From the NCBI GenBank assembly GCA_963730185.1, contig CAVSQW010000008.1:544001-608000 (forward strand): a DNA stretch of 64,000 nt. Reading direction: 5' to 3'. This document shows, one piece after another, positions 1 through 7,871 of the stretch (its first letter is position 1; every line of letters starts with the position of its first letter). This stretch comes from an uncultured Gemmatimonadales bacterium. Its GTDB lineage: Bacteria; Gemmatimonadota; Gemmatimonadetes; Gemmatimonadales; GWC2-71-9. The notes under the pieces were generated by a model. That model did no database searches. It was given only the letters and a program-made list of their open reading frames with translations, and was not told the origin of the DNA. Made by a program: the position numbers and the translations under genes.

Positions 1-218
1 GGGTGGAGCCCCCGTTCGGCCAACCTCTCGATGACCAAGTCGGCCACGCCTCGCACGTGGGCGTCGGAGGTGCCGGTCGCGACCACGAAGAAGTCGGTGG
101 CGTCGGTCAGTCCGCGCAGATCGAGCGTCAGGATGTTCTCCCCCTTCCGGTCGTCGAGCGCCTCGACGGCGGCCCGGATCGGGTCGGGGAGGCGGGGCGG
201 TCGGGATGTGCTAGCCAA
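1..218 (-). CDS. rsfS: Ribosome silencing factor RsfS (Iojap), 3' end runs off the window
   Basis: Manual translation from TTG at 218: MASTSRPPRLPDPIRAAVEALDDRKGENILTLDLRGLTDATDFFVVATGTSDAHVRGVAD, matching the RsfS pattern KG.DI..LD....D.FV..TG.S..HV. Start overlaps the stop of the upstream gene. Not in the ORF track. Confidence 0.9.
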   Translation of the reverse strand, partial: MASTSRPPRLPDPIRAAVEALDDRKGENILTLDLRGLTDATDFFVVATGTSDAHVRGVADLVIERLAERGLH

Positions 219-2046
219 GCGGACCTTGAGGAGGACGGGTGGGCGTGCCGTCCTCGATCTGATAGCAGACGGCCCAGGCGCCAAGGCCGGCGTGGGTACC
301 CAGCACGCCGGTGGCGAGGGAGACGAAGCAGTCCCGGGGCTGATAGGCGGCCACCAGCGCGGTGCGGAGTCGCTCGGCCACCTCGGGGGCTTCGGCATGG
401 GCGATCCCGAACCGAACCGACCGAGGGCGGGGGGTGAGGGCGCGCTCGACGTGGCGGAGAACCCGCCCCACCAGCTGCTCTCGTCCCCGGACTCGATCGA
501 TCGGGACGACCCGCCCCTCGGCATCGAGCGCCAGGATCGGTTTGACATCGAGCATTCCCGCAAGCCAGGCCCTCCCTCTCGATACGCGCCCGGAGCGCAA
601 AAGGTTCTCGTAGGTGTCGACCGTGAGAAAGAGTCCGGATTGAGCCCTCACCCGTGTCAGCTCTGTGACAATCGCGGCGGCGGGCCACCCTGACTCCGCG
701 AGCTCGGCTGCGCGGAGGGCCAGAAGCCCGAGGCCGAGCGAGGCGGAGTGGGAGTCGACCACGTGGATCTGCGACAATCCGGCGGCCCGGATCGCGGCCT
801 GGGCGGCCTGGACGGTGCCCGACAGGGCCCCGGAGAGGAGCACGGCCACCACCTCGTCGGCCTCGGCGGCGGCCGAGCGGAATACCCGGACGAACTCGGC
901 CGGGGTGGGCTGCGAGGTGGTGGGAAGGGTCTTGCTCTCCCGAAGCCGCCGGTAGAACTCGGCCGGCTTGAGGCCGAGCCGGTCCTGAAAAGTGGTCTCG
1001 CCGAACATCACCTGGAGGGGCACCAGAGCGATCCGGTGACGATCCAGGATGGGGTCGGCGAGGTCGGCCGAGGAGTCGGCGACGATGGCGACCGGGCGGC
1101 GAGCCTCGTGCTGGAGGGCCCGGTGCTGAGCCCGCATGTCGTCGGCCTTGGTGGCGGCGATGGTGCCCCAGCGGGCGGCATAGGCGAAGACCGCGTCCGG
1201 CGTATCGGTGTGGACGTGGATCTTGAGAATGTCGGCGACCTGAGCCACGACCACCGACCCCCCGAAGGTGTGCATCGCGGCCCGGACGTCGTTGCTCGGC
1301 GGCAGGCTCTCGCCCCGAACCAGCACCTCGGTGCAGTACTGGAAATCGCGTTCGGCGGCGACGCTGACGTCGGCGGCCGGGACGGTGTCCGACAGAGCGA
1401 TCGGGCCGGCGGCCAGAATCGGGTCGCCCTCGATGAGACGGACCATGCCTTCGATCATCCGGACGAAGCCCTTGCCGCCGGCGTCGACCACCCCGGCATC
1501 CTTCAGGACCTGGAGCAGCTCCGGCGTCCGGGCCAGGGCGTCCTCGCCCTGGGCGAGCATCCGGTGCATGAATTCGCCCAGGTCGGGCGAATCGACGGCC
1601 GCGCGCTCGGCCGCCTCCGCCGCCTCGCGGGCCACGGTGATGATGGTGCCTTCGCGAGGCTCGTCCAGCGATTGGTAGAGGTGGTCGGCGCCGCGCCGCA
1701 TGGCGTGGGCGATTTCGGGCGCCGTGGCGACCGCCTTCTCTCCGATGGCCTCGGCGAAGCCCAGGAGGAAATGGGCCAGCATCATCCCGGAGTTGCCGCG
1801 GGCGCCGAGCACGGCGGCTCGGGCCATGGTCCGGGCGGTGTCGCCCAGCGGCGCCTGGCCGGCGGCCTGAAGGGCGTCGGAGACGGCCCGAAGGGTCAGG
1901 CTGAAATTCGTACCGGTGTCCCCGTCGGGGACGGGGAACACGTTGAGTCGATTGATCTCTTCCCGGCCGGCCGCGACCCAGTCGGCGGCGGCGTACATGG
2001 ACCGGGCCAGTCGCGGCCCGTCCAGGTACGCGATGCCGATCGCCAT
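211..2046 (-). CDS. DAK2 (FakA-like fatty-acid kinase) domain fused to a DegV (FakB-like fatty-acid binding) domain
   Basis: N-terminal INRLNVFPVPDGDTGTN, GARGNSG, VVDAGG, YCTE, KIHVHT (DAK2/FakA); C-terminal IVADSSADL, PTTSQP, SGALSGT, VDSHSAS, GTHAG (DegV). Confidence 0.92.
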   Translation of the reverse strand: MAIGIAYLDGPRLARSMYAAADWVAAGREEINRLNVFPVPDGDTGTNFSLTLRAVSDALQAAGQAPLGDTARTMARAAVLGARGNSGMMLAHFLLGFAEAIGEKAVATAPEIAHAMRRGADHLYQSLDEPREGTIITVAREAAEAAERAAVDSPDLGEFMHRMLAQGEDALARTPELLQVLKDAGVVDAGGKGFVRMIEGMVRLIEGDPILAAGPIALSDTVPAADVSVAAERDFQYCTEVLVRGESLPPSNDVRAAMHTFGGSVVVAQVADILKIHVHTDTPDAVFAYAARWGTIAATKADDMRAQHRALQHEARRPVAIVADSSADLADPILDRHRIALVPLQVMFGETTFQDRLGLKPAEFYRRLRESKTLPTTSQPTPAEFVRVFRSAAAEADEVVAVLLSGALSGTVQAAQAAIRAAGLSQIHVVDSHSASLGLGLLALRAAELAESGWPAAAIVTELTRVRAQSGLFLTVDTYENLLRSGRVSRGRAWLAGMLDVKPILALDAEGRVVPIDRVRGREQLVGRVLRHVERALTPRPRSVRFGIAHAEAPEVAERLRTALVAAYQPRDCFVSLATGVLGTHAGLGAWAVCYQIEDGTPTRPPQGPLG

Positions 2047-2051
2047 GGGGC

Positions 2052-2501
2052 CTATTCCGGCTCGATCGTGACCTTGATCTCGGCCTTCACCTCGGGGTGA
2101 AGCCGGATCGGAACGGTATGGGCCCCGAGCTGCTTGATGGGGTGCTCGAGGTCGATCTTCCGCTTGTCGATCGTGAAGCCCAGCTCCGCCAGTCGGTCGG
2201 CCAGGTCCTGACTGGTCACCGAGCCGAAGAGCCGGTCGCCCTCGCCGGCCTTGGCCGTGATCGTGAAGCTGACCACGTTGATCCGGGCGGCGAGCGACTC
2301 GGCGTCGCCCTTCTCGACGGCCAGACGGCTGCTGCGGGCCTTCTGCTCGGCCGCGATCCGCTTCTTGTTGCCGTCGGAGGCCTCGTAGGCCAGGCCGCGG
2401 GGCAGGAGGAAGTTCCTCGCGTACCCGGGCTTGACCCGGACCAGGGCGCCGGCCCGACCCAGGTTCTTCACGTCCTCTCGCAAAATCACTTCAACTTGCA
2501 T
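2052..2501 (-). CDS. rplI: 50S ribosomal protein L9
   Basis: MQVEVILREDVKNLG...VKPGYARNFLLPRG...LFGSVT; GGAGG SD upstream of ATG at 2501. Confidence 0.97.
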   Translation of the reverse strand: MQVEVILREDVKNLGRAGALVRVKPGYARNFLLPRGLAYEASDGNKKRIAAEQKARSSRLAVEKGDAESLAARINVVSFTITAKAGEGDRLFGSVTSQDLADRLAELGFTIDKRKIDLEHPIKQLGAHTVPIRLHPEVKAEIKVTIEPE

Positions 2502-3426
2502 GCGTGCCTCCAGAAGGCGGGGGCGCCAGCCGCCCCCGGAAATCAACCCACGTATCGGCCAGTCCGACCAGGATGAGCGATCCGACCGCGAACGGGAACA
2601 TCAAGATCGCGGCACCGATCAACAGCAAGCGTCCGAAGAGCGGCCAGCGCCAGAGGGCGGCGACCCCCACCGCGAGCCCCCGGGCCGCGTAGAGCCCCGA
2701 CCAGATCACCAGCCCGTTCTGGGCGATCCGCTGCCACGGATCGCCCAGCGGCAGGAGGCTCAGACCGAGGGTAAAGATAGCACCCCAGATGAGGTGGTCG
2801 TTGAACCGAAGGGCGCCGAAAGCCGCCGGAGGCCGGCCGACCGGGCGCTGGGCGACCTGGTGGTACCAGGCGGCGGCCAGCGCTAGGCCGGCCAGGGCCT
2901 GGAGGGCCACCACTCCGGGGAAGAGCCGCGCGACGTCGGGCATCGCGGCCACCGCGGCGTCGATCTGGTCCTGGGGCGACCCCTGGAACAGGGCCCGCAT
3001 CGTGGCGTTGAGATCCTTGAGGACGGCCGCGTCGAGATCGGCCATCGACAGGTGGGTGACGGCGCCCCAGATCAGAACGCCGGCCACCGCGGTTGCCAGG
3101 GCCAGGAGGGCCCGGGTGAGGGTGCTCGTCCGGCGGAGCGCATGGGTGAGCACCGCGAAGCTCCCGGCCAGAATGGCGCCGCCGCTCAACGCCACCAGCG
3201 ACGGCAGGCCGATCCCGGTCGGCGCGCCGAGCGCGTACCCGGCGGTGGCGGAGAGCGCGATCCAGAGCCACTCGCGAAGGGTGGTCGGCCGGGAGAGAAC
3301 CAGGAGGATGAGCAGGGGGCCGAGGACGAAGAGCGGTGGGGCCAGAACCAGAAACGCCACCAACCCGAAGAAGAGTCCCGGCGGGAAGCGACGCCCGCTG
3401 GGAGCGGGCGCCGCAGCGTTGGTCAT
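2491..3426 (-). CDS. DUF2232/YybS-like multi-pass membrane protein
   Basis: About 311 aa, many hydrophobic helices, C-terminal LVGLADTWVDFRGR; lies between rpsR and rplI; ATG at 3426 overlaps the rpsR TGA. Confidence 0.8.
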   Translation of the reverse strand: MTNAAAPAPSGRRFPPGLFFGLVAFLVLAPPLFVLGPLLILLVLSRPTTLREWLWIALSATAGYALGAPTGIGLPSLVALSGGAILAGSFAVLTHALRRTSTLTRALLALATAVAGVLIWGAVTHLSMADLDAAVLKDLNATMRALFQGSPQDQIDAAVAAMPDVARLFPGVVALQALAGLALAAAWYHQVAQRPVGRPPAAFGALRFNDHLIWGAIFTLGLSLLPLGDPWQRIAQNGLVIWSGLYAARGLAVGVAALWRWPLFGRLLLIGAAILMFPFAVGSLILVGLADTWVDFRGRLAPPPSGGTHAS

Positions 3427-3647
3427 CAGCCGGTGTAGCCCTTGATGTACGGCAGGAGGGCCAGGTAGCGAGCCCGCTTGATCGCCACCGCGATCTGGCG
3501 CTGGTGACGGGCGGACACGCCGGTCAAGCGCCGCGGCAGGATCTTGCCGCGATCGGTCAGAAAGCGGGACAGGAGCTTCTCGTCCTTGTAGTCGACGATC
3601 CGAATCCGGAGCTCGGCGAGCGGATCGCCCTTGCGTTGGCGGCTCAT
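3426..3647 (-). CDS. rpsR: 30S ribosomal protein S18 (Cys-free form)
   Basis: [23 protein letters not shown]...HQR....AIKRAR.LALLPY. Confidence 0.97.
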   Translation of the reverse strand: MSRQRKGDPLAELRIRIVDYKDEKLLSRFLTDRGKILPRRLTGVSARHQRQIAVAIKRARYLALLPYIKGYTG

Positions 3648-3991
3648 TCGTCATCCTCCTCGTTGGAATCGCTCTTGCCAGGGATCTGCGGCGGGGTCGG
3701 GGGCTCGTCGTTGAGGACGACGAGGTGACGAATCACGGAGCTGTCGAGCTTGAGGGCCCGTTCGAACTCCGGCAACCGGGCCGGGTCGGTGTCGAAGTTG
3801 GCGACGACGTAATAGCCGGTGTCGCGCCGATCGATCTGGTAGGCGAGAGTTCGCTTGCCCCAGTGATTCAGCACCGGCGCCTCGGCGCCTTCCGTCTGGA
3901 TCAGGGCATGGAAGCTGTTAAGCTTGGTGCCGATGGTCTCTTCGTCCAGGGCTGGATCGAAGATGTAGACCACCTCGTAGGGACGCGGCAT
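3644..3991 (-). CDS. rpsF: 30S ribosomal protein S6
   Basis: [13 protein letters not shown]...[10 protein letters not shown]...GYY...VIRHLVV, the C-terminal part of ORF 3644..5272; AAGGAAGG SD upstream of ATG at 3991. Confidence 0.96.
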   Translation of the reverse strand: MPRPYEVVYIFDPALDEETIGTKLNSFHALIQTEGAEAPVLNHWGKRTLAYQIDRRDTGYYVVANFDTDPARLPEFERALKLDSSVIRHLVVLNDEPPTPPQIPGKSDSNEEDDE

Positions 3992-4052
3992 GCACACCTT
4001 CCTTTGGTCGTGGGACGCCCCAGCCCGGGTGCGTCGGGCCTGGGGAGGACGG
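3992..4052 (-). promoter_or_regulatory. Putative S6:S18 ribosomal-protein leader RNA
   Basis: Minus strand CCGUCCU-CCCCAGGCCCG acgcacc CGGGCUGGGG-CG-UCCCACGACCAA-AGGAAGG: inner hairpin plus UCCU/AGGA pairing that sequesters the SD, directly upstream of rpsF; candidate -10 TAAGTT at 4073-4068. Confidence 0.55.
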
Positions 4053-4102
4053 TATTTCGAACCGTCAAACTTAGCCTTCTCCAAGAGCCTACGGTAGCCC
4101 AC

Positions 4103-4753
4103 ATGGAGATCACCTCGCTGCAGACCGGTCGGCCCAGGACCCGGGGGACGGAAGGGGCCGACGACCCCCTCGACCGGATCTGGACCAGCGCGATCTGGAA
4201 GGAACCGGTCAGTGGGCGGGTCTGGGCCGGCCGGGAGGGGCTGTCGGGCGATGCCCAGGTTCACCGAAAGGCGCATGGAGGCCCGGAGCGGGCCTTGCTG
4301 CTGTACTCGGCCGAGCACTATCCCCGGTGGCGGTCGGAGTGGGGGGTCGCGGTGCTGGAGCCGGGGTCCTTCGGGGAGAACCTGACCGTGAGCGGCCTGG
4401 ACGAGGCGACGGTTTGCGTCGGTGACGTGTACCGAATCGGCGAGGTCCGCCTGGAGGTGTCGGGTCCGCGGGAGCCCTGTCAGAATCTGGTGCGCCGCCA
4501 CCGCCGGCCGGACCTGATGGACGTGGTGAAGGCCAACCACCGATCGGGCTGGTATACCCGAGTCCAGGTCGAAGGCTGGCTGGAGGCCGGGCTTGCGATC
4601 ACCCTCGAGGACCGTCCCTACCCCCAATGGCCCATCGTCCGGACGGCGGACGTCCGCCGAGCCCGCCGTGAGGACCCGGTGAGCGCCGGCCTGTTGGCTC
4701 AGTGCCCCGCGCTCCTGGCCGACTGGCGGGCCGGCCTGACGCCCGGGTCCTGA
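4103..4753 (+). CDS. MOSC domain protein (YiiM-like)
   Basis: SAIWKEPV, GLSGDAQ, HGGPERA, FGENLT, VGDVYRIG, SGPREPC, RSGWY.RV; ATG at 4103. Confidence 0.9.
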   Translation: MEITSLQTGRPRTRGTEGADDPLDRIWTSAIWKEPVSGRVWAGREGLSGDAQVHRKAHGGPERALLLYSAEHYPRWRSEWGVAVLEPGSFGENLTVSGLDEATVCVGDVYRIGEVRLEVSGPREPCQNLVRRHRRPDLMDVVKANHRSGWYTRVQVEGWLEAGLAITLEDRPYPQWPIVRTADVRRARREDPVSAGLLAQCPALLADWRAGLTPGS

Positions 4754-4861
4754 GCCGGTCAGGCCACTGCGGGGCCGGCGGCTACGGCCGCCTGCTATCT
4801 TCCTCCCGATTCCGAGGCCGGGAGTTCTCCGGCCGGGCCTGACCCCAACCTCCACGACTTG

Positions 4862-5416
4862 ATGAAACCAGCCACCTGGCGCAAATGGCACCGGTGGGTC
4901 GGCTTTCCTGCGGCCCTGTTCCTCCTCTTCGCCGGGATCACCGGCATCCTCGTCGCGGCGACCGAGTTCTGGGGCGCCGACGAGGCCCTCCGCGAAGCGA
5001 CCCGCGACCTGGTGAGCCCGGTCAAGACCTCGAGCGCCGATTCGCTCTGGGCGGGCCCGATCGACCGCGCCTTCCGAGCTGCTCAGACGGCCGCCGGCGA
5101 CGCACCGGTCGATAAGGTCGTCATGACCTTCAAGGGCGACCAGCCGACCGTCACCGTGTTCCTCGGCAAGCCGACCGGCGGGGAAGACCGGCGGGTGGTC
5201 GTCGGCGCCAAGGACGGGCGGGTGATCGAGGTCGCGTCCTACGCCGACAAGCCCCTGATCCACCGGATCCACAGCGGGGAGGCATTCGGCGACGGTGGTT
5301 TGGTGCTCGCGATGCTCTGGGGCCTGGCGATGGTGATCCTGACCCTGACCGGCCTGATCATCTACTGGCGGATGCGGCGCCCGAACGCCGTCGGCTGGAA
5401 ACGCGTCTTCTGGTAG
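4862..5416 (+). CDS. PepSY-associated TM domain protein (short, 2 TM)
   Basis: RKWHRWVG...AGITG N-terminal helix, extracytoplasmic PepSY-like middle, HRIHSG...FG...LTGLIIYW C-terminal helix. Confidence 0.8.
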   Translation: MKPATWRKWHRWVGFPAALFLLFAGITGILVAATEFWGADEALREATRDLVSPVKTSSADSLWAGPIDRAFRAAQTAAGDAPVDKVVMTFKGDQPTVTVFLGKPTGGEDRRVVVGAKDGRVIEVASYADKPLIHRIHSGEAFGDGGLVLAMLWGLAMVILTLTGLIIYWRMRRPNAVGWKRVFW

Positions 5417-5420
5417 ACCG

Positions 5421-5792
5421 CTACGGGCGGGTGGTGACCAGCATCGCGACGGTCCCGGGACAGAGGGAGAAGCGGGCTTCGGCCTCGGGGCCGGAGACGA
5501 ACTGGATCAGATCGATCCGCGCGACCGGGAGGGCGGCTAGGGCGGGTGGCTCGGGGCCGACGATCTGGTACGACTCGGGGGTCATCTGCTCCAGCCGCAT
5601 CGGGACGTCGCGAGCGACCGCACGCTCGTCGATCATCACGGTGCCGCTCCGGAGCGAGTCGCCGGGGGCGGTCGGAACCGGACAGTGCCGCGGCTCGGGG
5701 ATGGCGGTCCGCGCGGCCGCCCCGCCCGCGCAGCCGCCCAGTCCGGTCAGCACCACGCCGGCCAAGGCGGTCATCGGGAGCCTAACGATCAT
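5421..5792 (-). CDS. Small lipoprotein with TonB-receptor plug-like C-terminus
   Basis: Lipobox LGGC; ends VARIDLIQFVSGPEAEARF...TVAMLVTTR, resembling the plug motif I..IEV..G..A..YG...GVI.ITT. Start could be 5774. Confidence 0.55.
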   Translation of the reverse strand: MIVRLPMTALAGVVLTGLGGCAGGAAARTAIPEPRHCPVPTAPGDSLRSGTVMIDERAVARDVPMRLEQMTPESYQIVGPEPPALAALPVARIDLIQFVSGPEAEARFSLCPGTVAMLVTTRP

Positions 5793-5861
5793 CGACGGGG
5801 CCTAGGATCCGGGGAGTGAGATGCGAACGGCATGGCACCGGCTGGTCGGGTCGGCTGGAGC

Positions 5862-6611
5862 TTAACGATCCCGGGTCCAGAGGAGAATCACCCCACAGGA
5901 GCGATTGATCCCGGAATACTCCACCGGCGTTTCGCCCGGGCTCTTGAAGACCTCGATCGTGCCCAGCGCCGCGACTGGAATCTGGGAAAGGTCCTGGGGA
6001 ACCTCGATGCCGTTGAGCAGCACGCTCATCGGACAAGCGGTTGCGCCTGTCGTGCTGAGCCGCTTCACCCGAGGCGAGACCGGGATCCGCTGCGCGCCCA
6101 GGGTCAGGAACCGGACGCCGGTGGTCTCCAGCAGCTCCGGGAGCCGGAGGTATTCCCGCTGGCGGATCGTCTCGTACGGGATCAGCCGGCCGCCCCCGAT
6201 CCGGTGCCGGTCGGCGATCTCGGTCTCGCGCGACCGGACCGCCTTGGCCTGGGCCAGGAGCGGCTCGAGCGTCGGGATCAGGGCGGGCAGGGGGAGCACC
6301 ACCACCAGGCTGTCGGCGCTTTCCACCCGGAGCGTCGCCACGCCGGGCAGGAAGCCGATCCGGCGGACCCGGAGGGTATAGAGACCCAAGGGAATACTGT
6401 CGAGGCGGAAGGTGCCGTCGGTCGTCGTGAACGTGCTCCGACCGAGCTCGGGGATCTGGACGTCGGCGCCGACCAGCGGGAGATGAGTGGAGTCGGCCAC
6501 GACCCGGCCCTTCACCACTGCCTGCGCGTGGAGCCTCCCGATTCCGGCCAGGAGGGCCGTCACACCGAGCGTCGCTGCCCAACCCGGCAGGCGGCCCGAA
6601 CGGATCCTCAC
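5862..6611 (-). CDS. Exported carboxypeptidase-regulatory-like domain plus TonB plug-like domain protein, no beta-barrel
   Basis: GTG at 6611 after GGAGG; signal peptide ending LHAQ; VKGRVVADST..PLVGA.V...T..DGTF.L..IP.G.YTL.VRRIGF; ends IEVFKSPGETPVEYSG...CGVILLWTR*. Confidence 0.8.
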   Translation of the reverse strand: MRIRSGRLPGWAATLGVTALLAGIGRLHAQAVVKGRVVADSTHLPLVGADVQIPELGRSTFTTTDGTFRLDSIPLGLYTLRVRRIGFLPGVATLRVESADSLVVVLPLPALIPTLEPLLAQAKAVRSRETEIADRHRIGGGRLIPYETIRQREYLRLPELLETTGVRFLTLGAQRIPVSPRVKRLSTTGATACPMSVLLNGIEVPQDLSQIPVAALGTIEVFKSPGETPVEYSGINRSCGVILLWTRDR

Positions 6612-6670
6612 CGTCACCTCCACGAGGTCGACCGCCGCCTGCGGTCGCGTCCTTGGTACGGTGGGACCGA

Positions 6671-6697
6671 TCGGCCGCCCGGTCAAGGGGCGGCCGA
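6671..6697 (-). terminator. GC-rich hairpin after ychF
   Basis: TCGGCCGCCC-ggtcaag-GGGCGGCCGA, 10-bp stem 9 nt past the ychF stop; no U-tract. Confidence 0.4.
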
Positions 6698-6706
6698 CCG
6701 GGACGG

Positions 6707-7804
6707 TCAGACGTTGAACCGGAAGAGCATCACGTCGCCGTCCTGCACGACGTACTCCTTGCCCTCCGACCGGACCAGGCCCTGCTCCCGGGCCGGCTTC
6801 CAGCCGCCCACCCGGATGAAGTCCTCGTAGGCCACGGTCTCGGCCCGGATGAAGCCGTGCTCGAAGTCGGTGTGGATCACGCCGGCCGCGGCGGGCGCCT
6901 TGTCGCCGGCGTGGATGGTCCAGGCCCGGGCTTCCTTCTCGCCGGCGGTGAAGTAGCTCCGGAGGCCGAGCAGGTGATAGGCGGCCCGGGCCAGGCGGTC
7001 GAGCCCGGATTCGGTGAGCCCGAGCGACTCGAGGAATTCCTGGCGGTCCTCGCTCGGGAGCTCGGCCAGCTCCATCTCCACCTTGGCGGAGAAGAGCACG
7101 ATCTCGGCCGTCTCGCCCGAGGCGGCCACCGCGGTTTGGAGCGCCGCGACGTGGGCGTTGCCGGAATTGACATCGTCCTCGCCGACGTTGGCCGCGTAGA
7201 GCACCGGCTTGGCGGTGAGGAAGTTGGCCTGCCGGAAGACCGCTTCGTCGGTGTCGGCCACGATGACGCTCCGGGCCGGCCGGCCCTCGGAGAGCGCAGC
7301 CCGCACCGCCTCGAGGACCCGGACCTCGACCTTGGCCTGGGCGTCGCCGGAGCGGGCGGTGCGGGTGGCCTTGTCGAGCCGTTTCTCGACCGCGGCCAGG
7401 TCGGCCAAGGCAAGCTCGAGGTCGATGATCTCCTTGTCGCGGACCGGGTCCACCGAGCCCATCACGTGCTGCACGTCGTCGTCGTCGAAGCAGCGGATGA
7501 CGTGGACCACCGCATCGACCTCGCGGATGTTGGCGAGGAACTGGTTCCCCAGTCCCTCGCCCTGGCTCGCGCCCTTGACCAGCCCGGCGATGTCCAGGAA
7601 CTCCACCGCGGCGTGCACCGTCCGCTCCGGTTTGACCAGGTCGGCCACCCGGTCGAGCCGGGGATCGGGGACCTCGACGATCCCGGTGTTGGGCTCGATG
7701 GTGGCGAAGGGGTAGTTCGCGACCAGCGCGCCCGCCTGGGTGAGCGCGTTGAAGAGGGTCGACTTGCCGACATTGGGGAGGCCGACGATCCCGAGACGGA
7801 GCAT
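6707..7804 (-). CDS. ychF: Redox-regulated ATPase YchF
   Basis: GIVGLPNVGKST, NYPFATIEPN, DIAGLVKGASQGEGLGNQFL, EGKEYVVQDGD. Confidence 0.98.
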   Translation of the reverse strand: MLRLGIVGLPNVGKSTLFNALTQAGALVANYPFATIEPNTGIVEVPDPRLDRVADLVKPERTVHAAVEFLDIAGLVKGASQGEGLGNQFLANIREVDAVVHVIRCFDDDDVQHVMGSVDPVRDKEIIDLELALADLAAVEKRLDKATRTARSGDAQAKVEVRVLEAVRAALSEGRPARSVIVADTDEAVFRQANFLTAKPVLYAANVGEDDVNSGNAHVAALQTAVAASGETAEIVLFSAKVEMELAELPSEDRQEFLESLGLTESGLDRLARAAYHLLGLRSYFTAGEKEARAWTIHAGDKAPAAAGVIHTDFEHGFIRAETVAYEDFIRVGGWKPAREQGLVRSEGKEYVVQDGDVMLFRFNV

Positions 7805-7820
7805 GAGTTCCCGACGTGCG

Positions 7821-7847
7821 GACGGGCGGGTTGGTCACCCGCCCGTC
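7821..7847 (-). other. Perfect 11-bp hairpin between hppA and ychF
   Basis: GACGGGCGGGT-tggtc-ACCCGCCCGTC. Confidence 0.5.
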
Positions 7848-7871
7848 GGTGAAACGATTCCCGGAGGGGGC

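Noticed and set aside
5777..5870. 14-nt near-perfect direct repeat GGAGC(C/T)TAACGATC, 80 bp apart
   Set aside because: Only two copies, overlapping gene ends; no array or mobile-element context, so not CRISPR or a target-site duplication that I can support.
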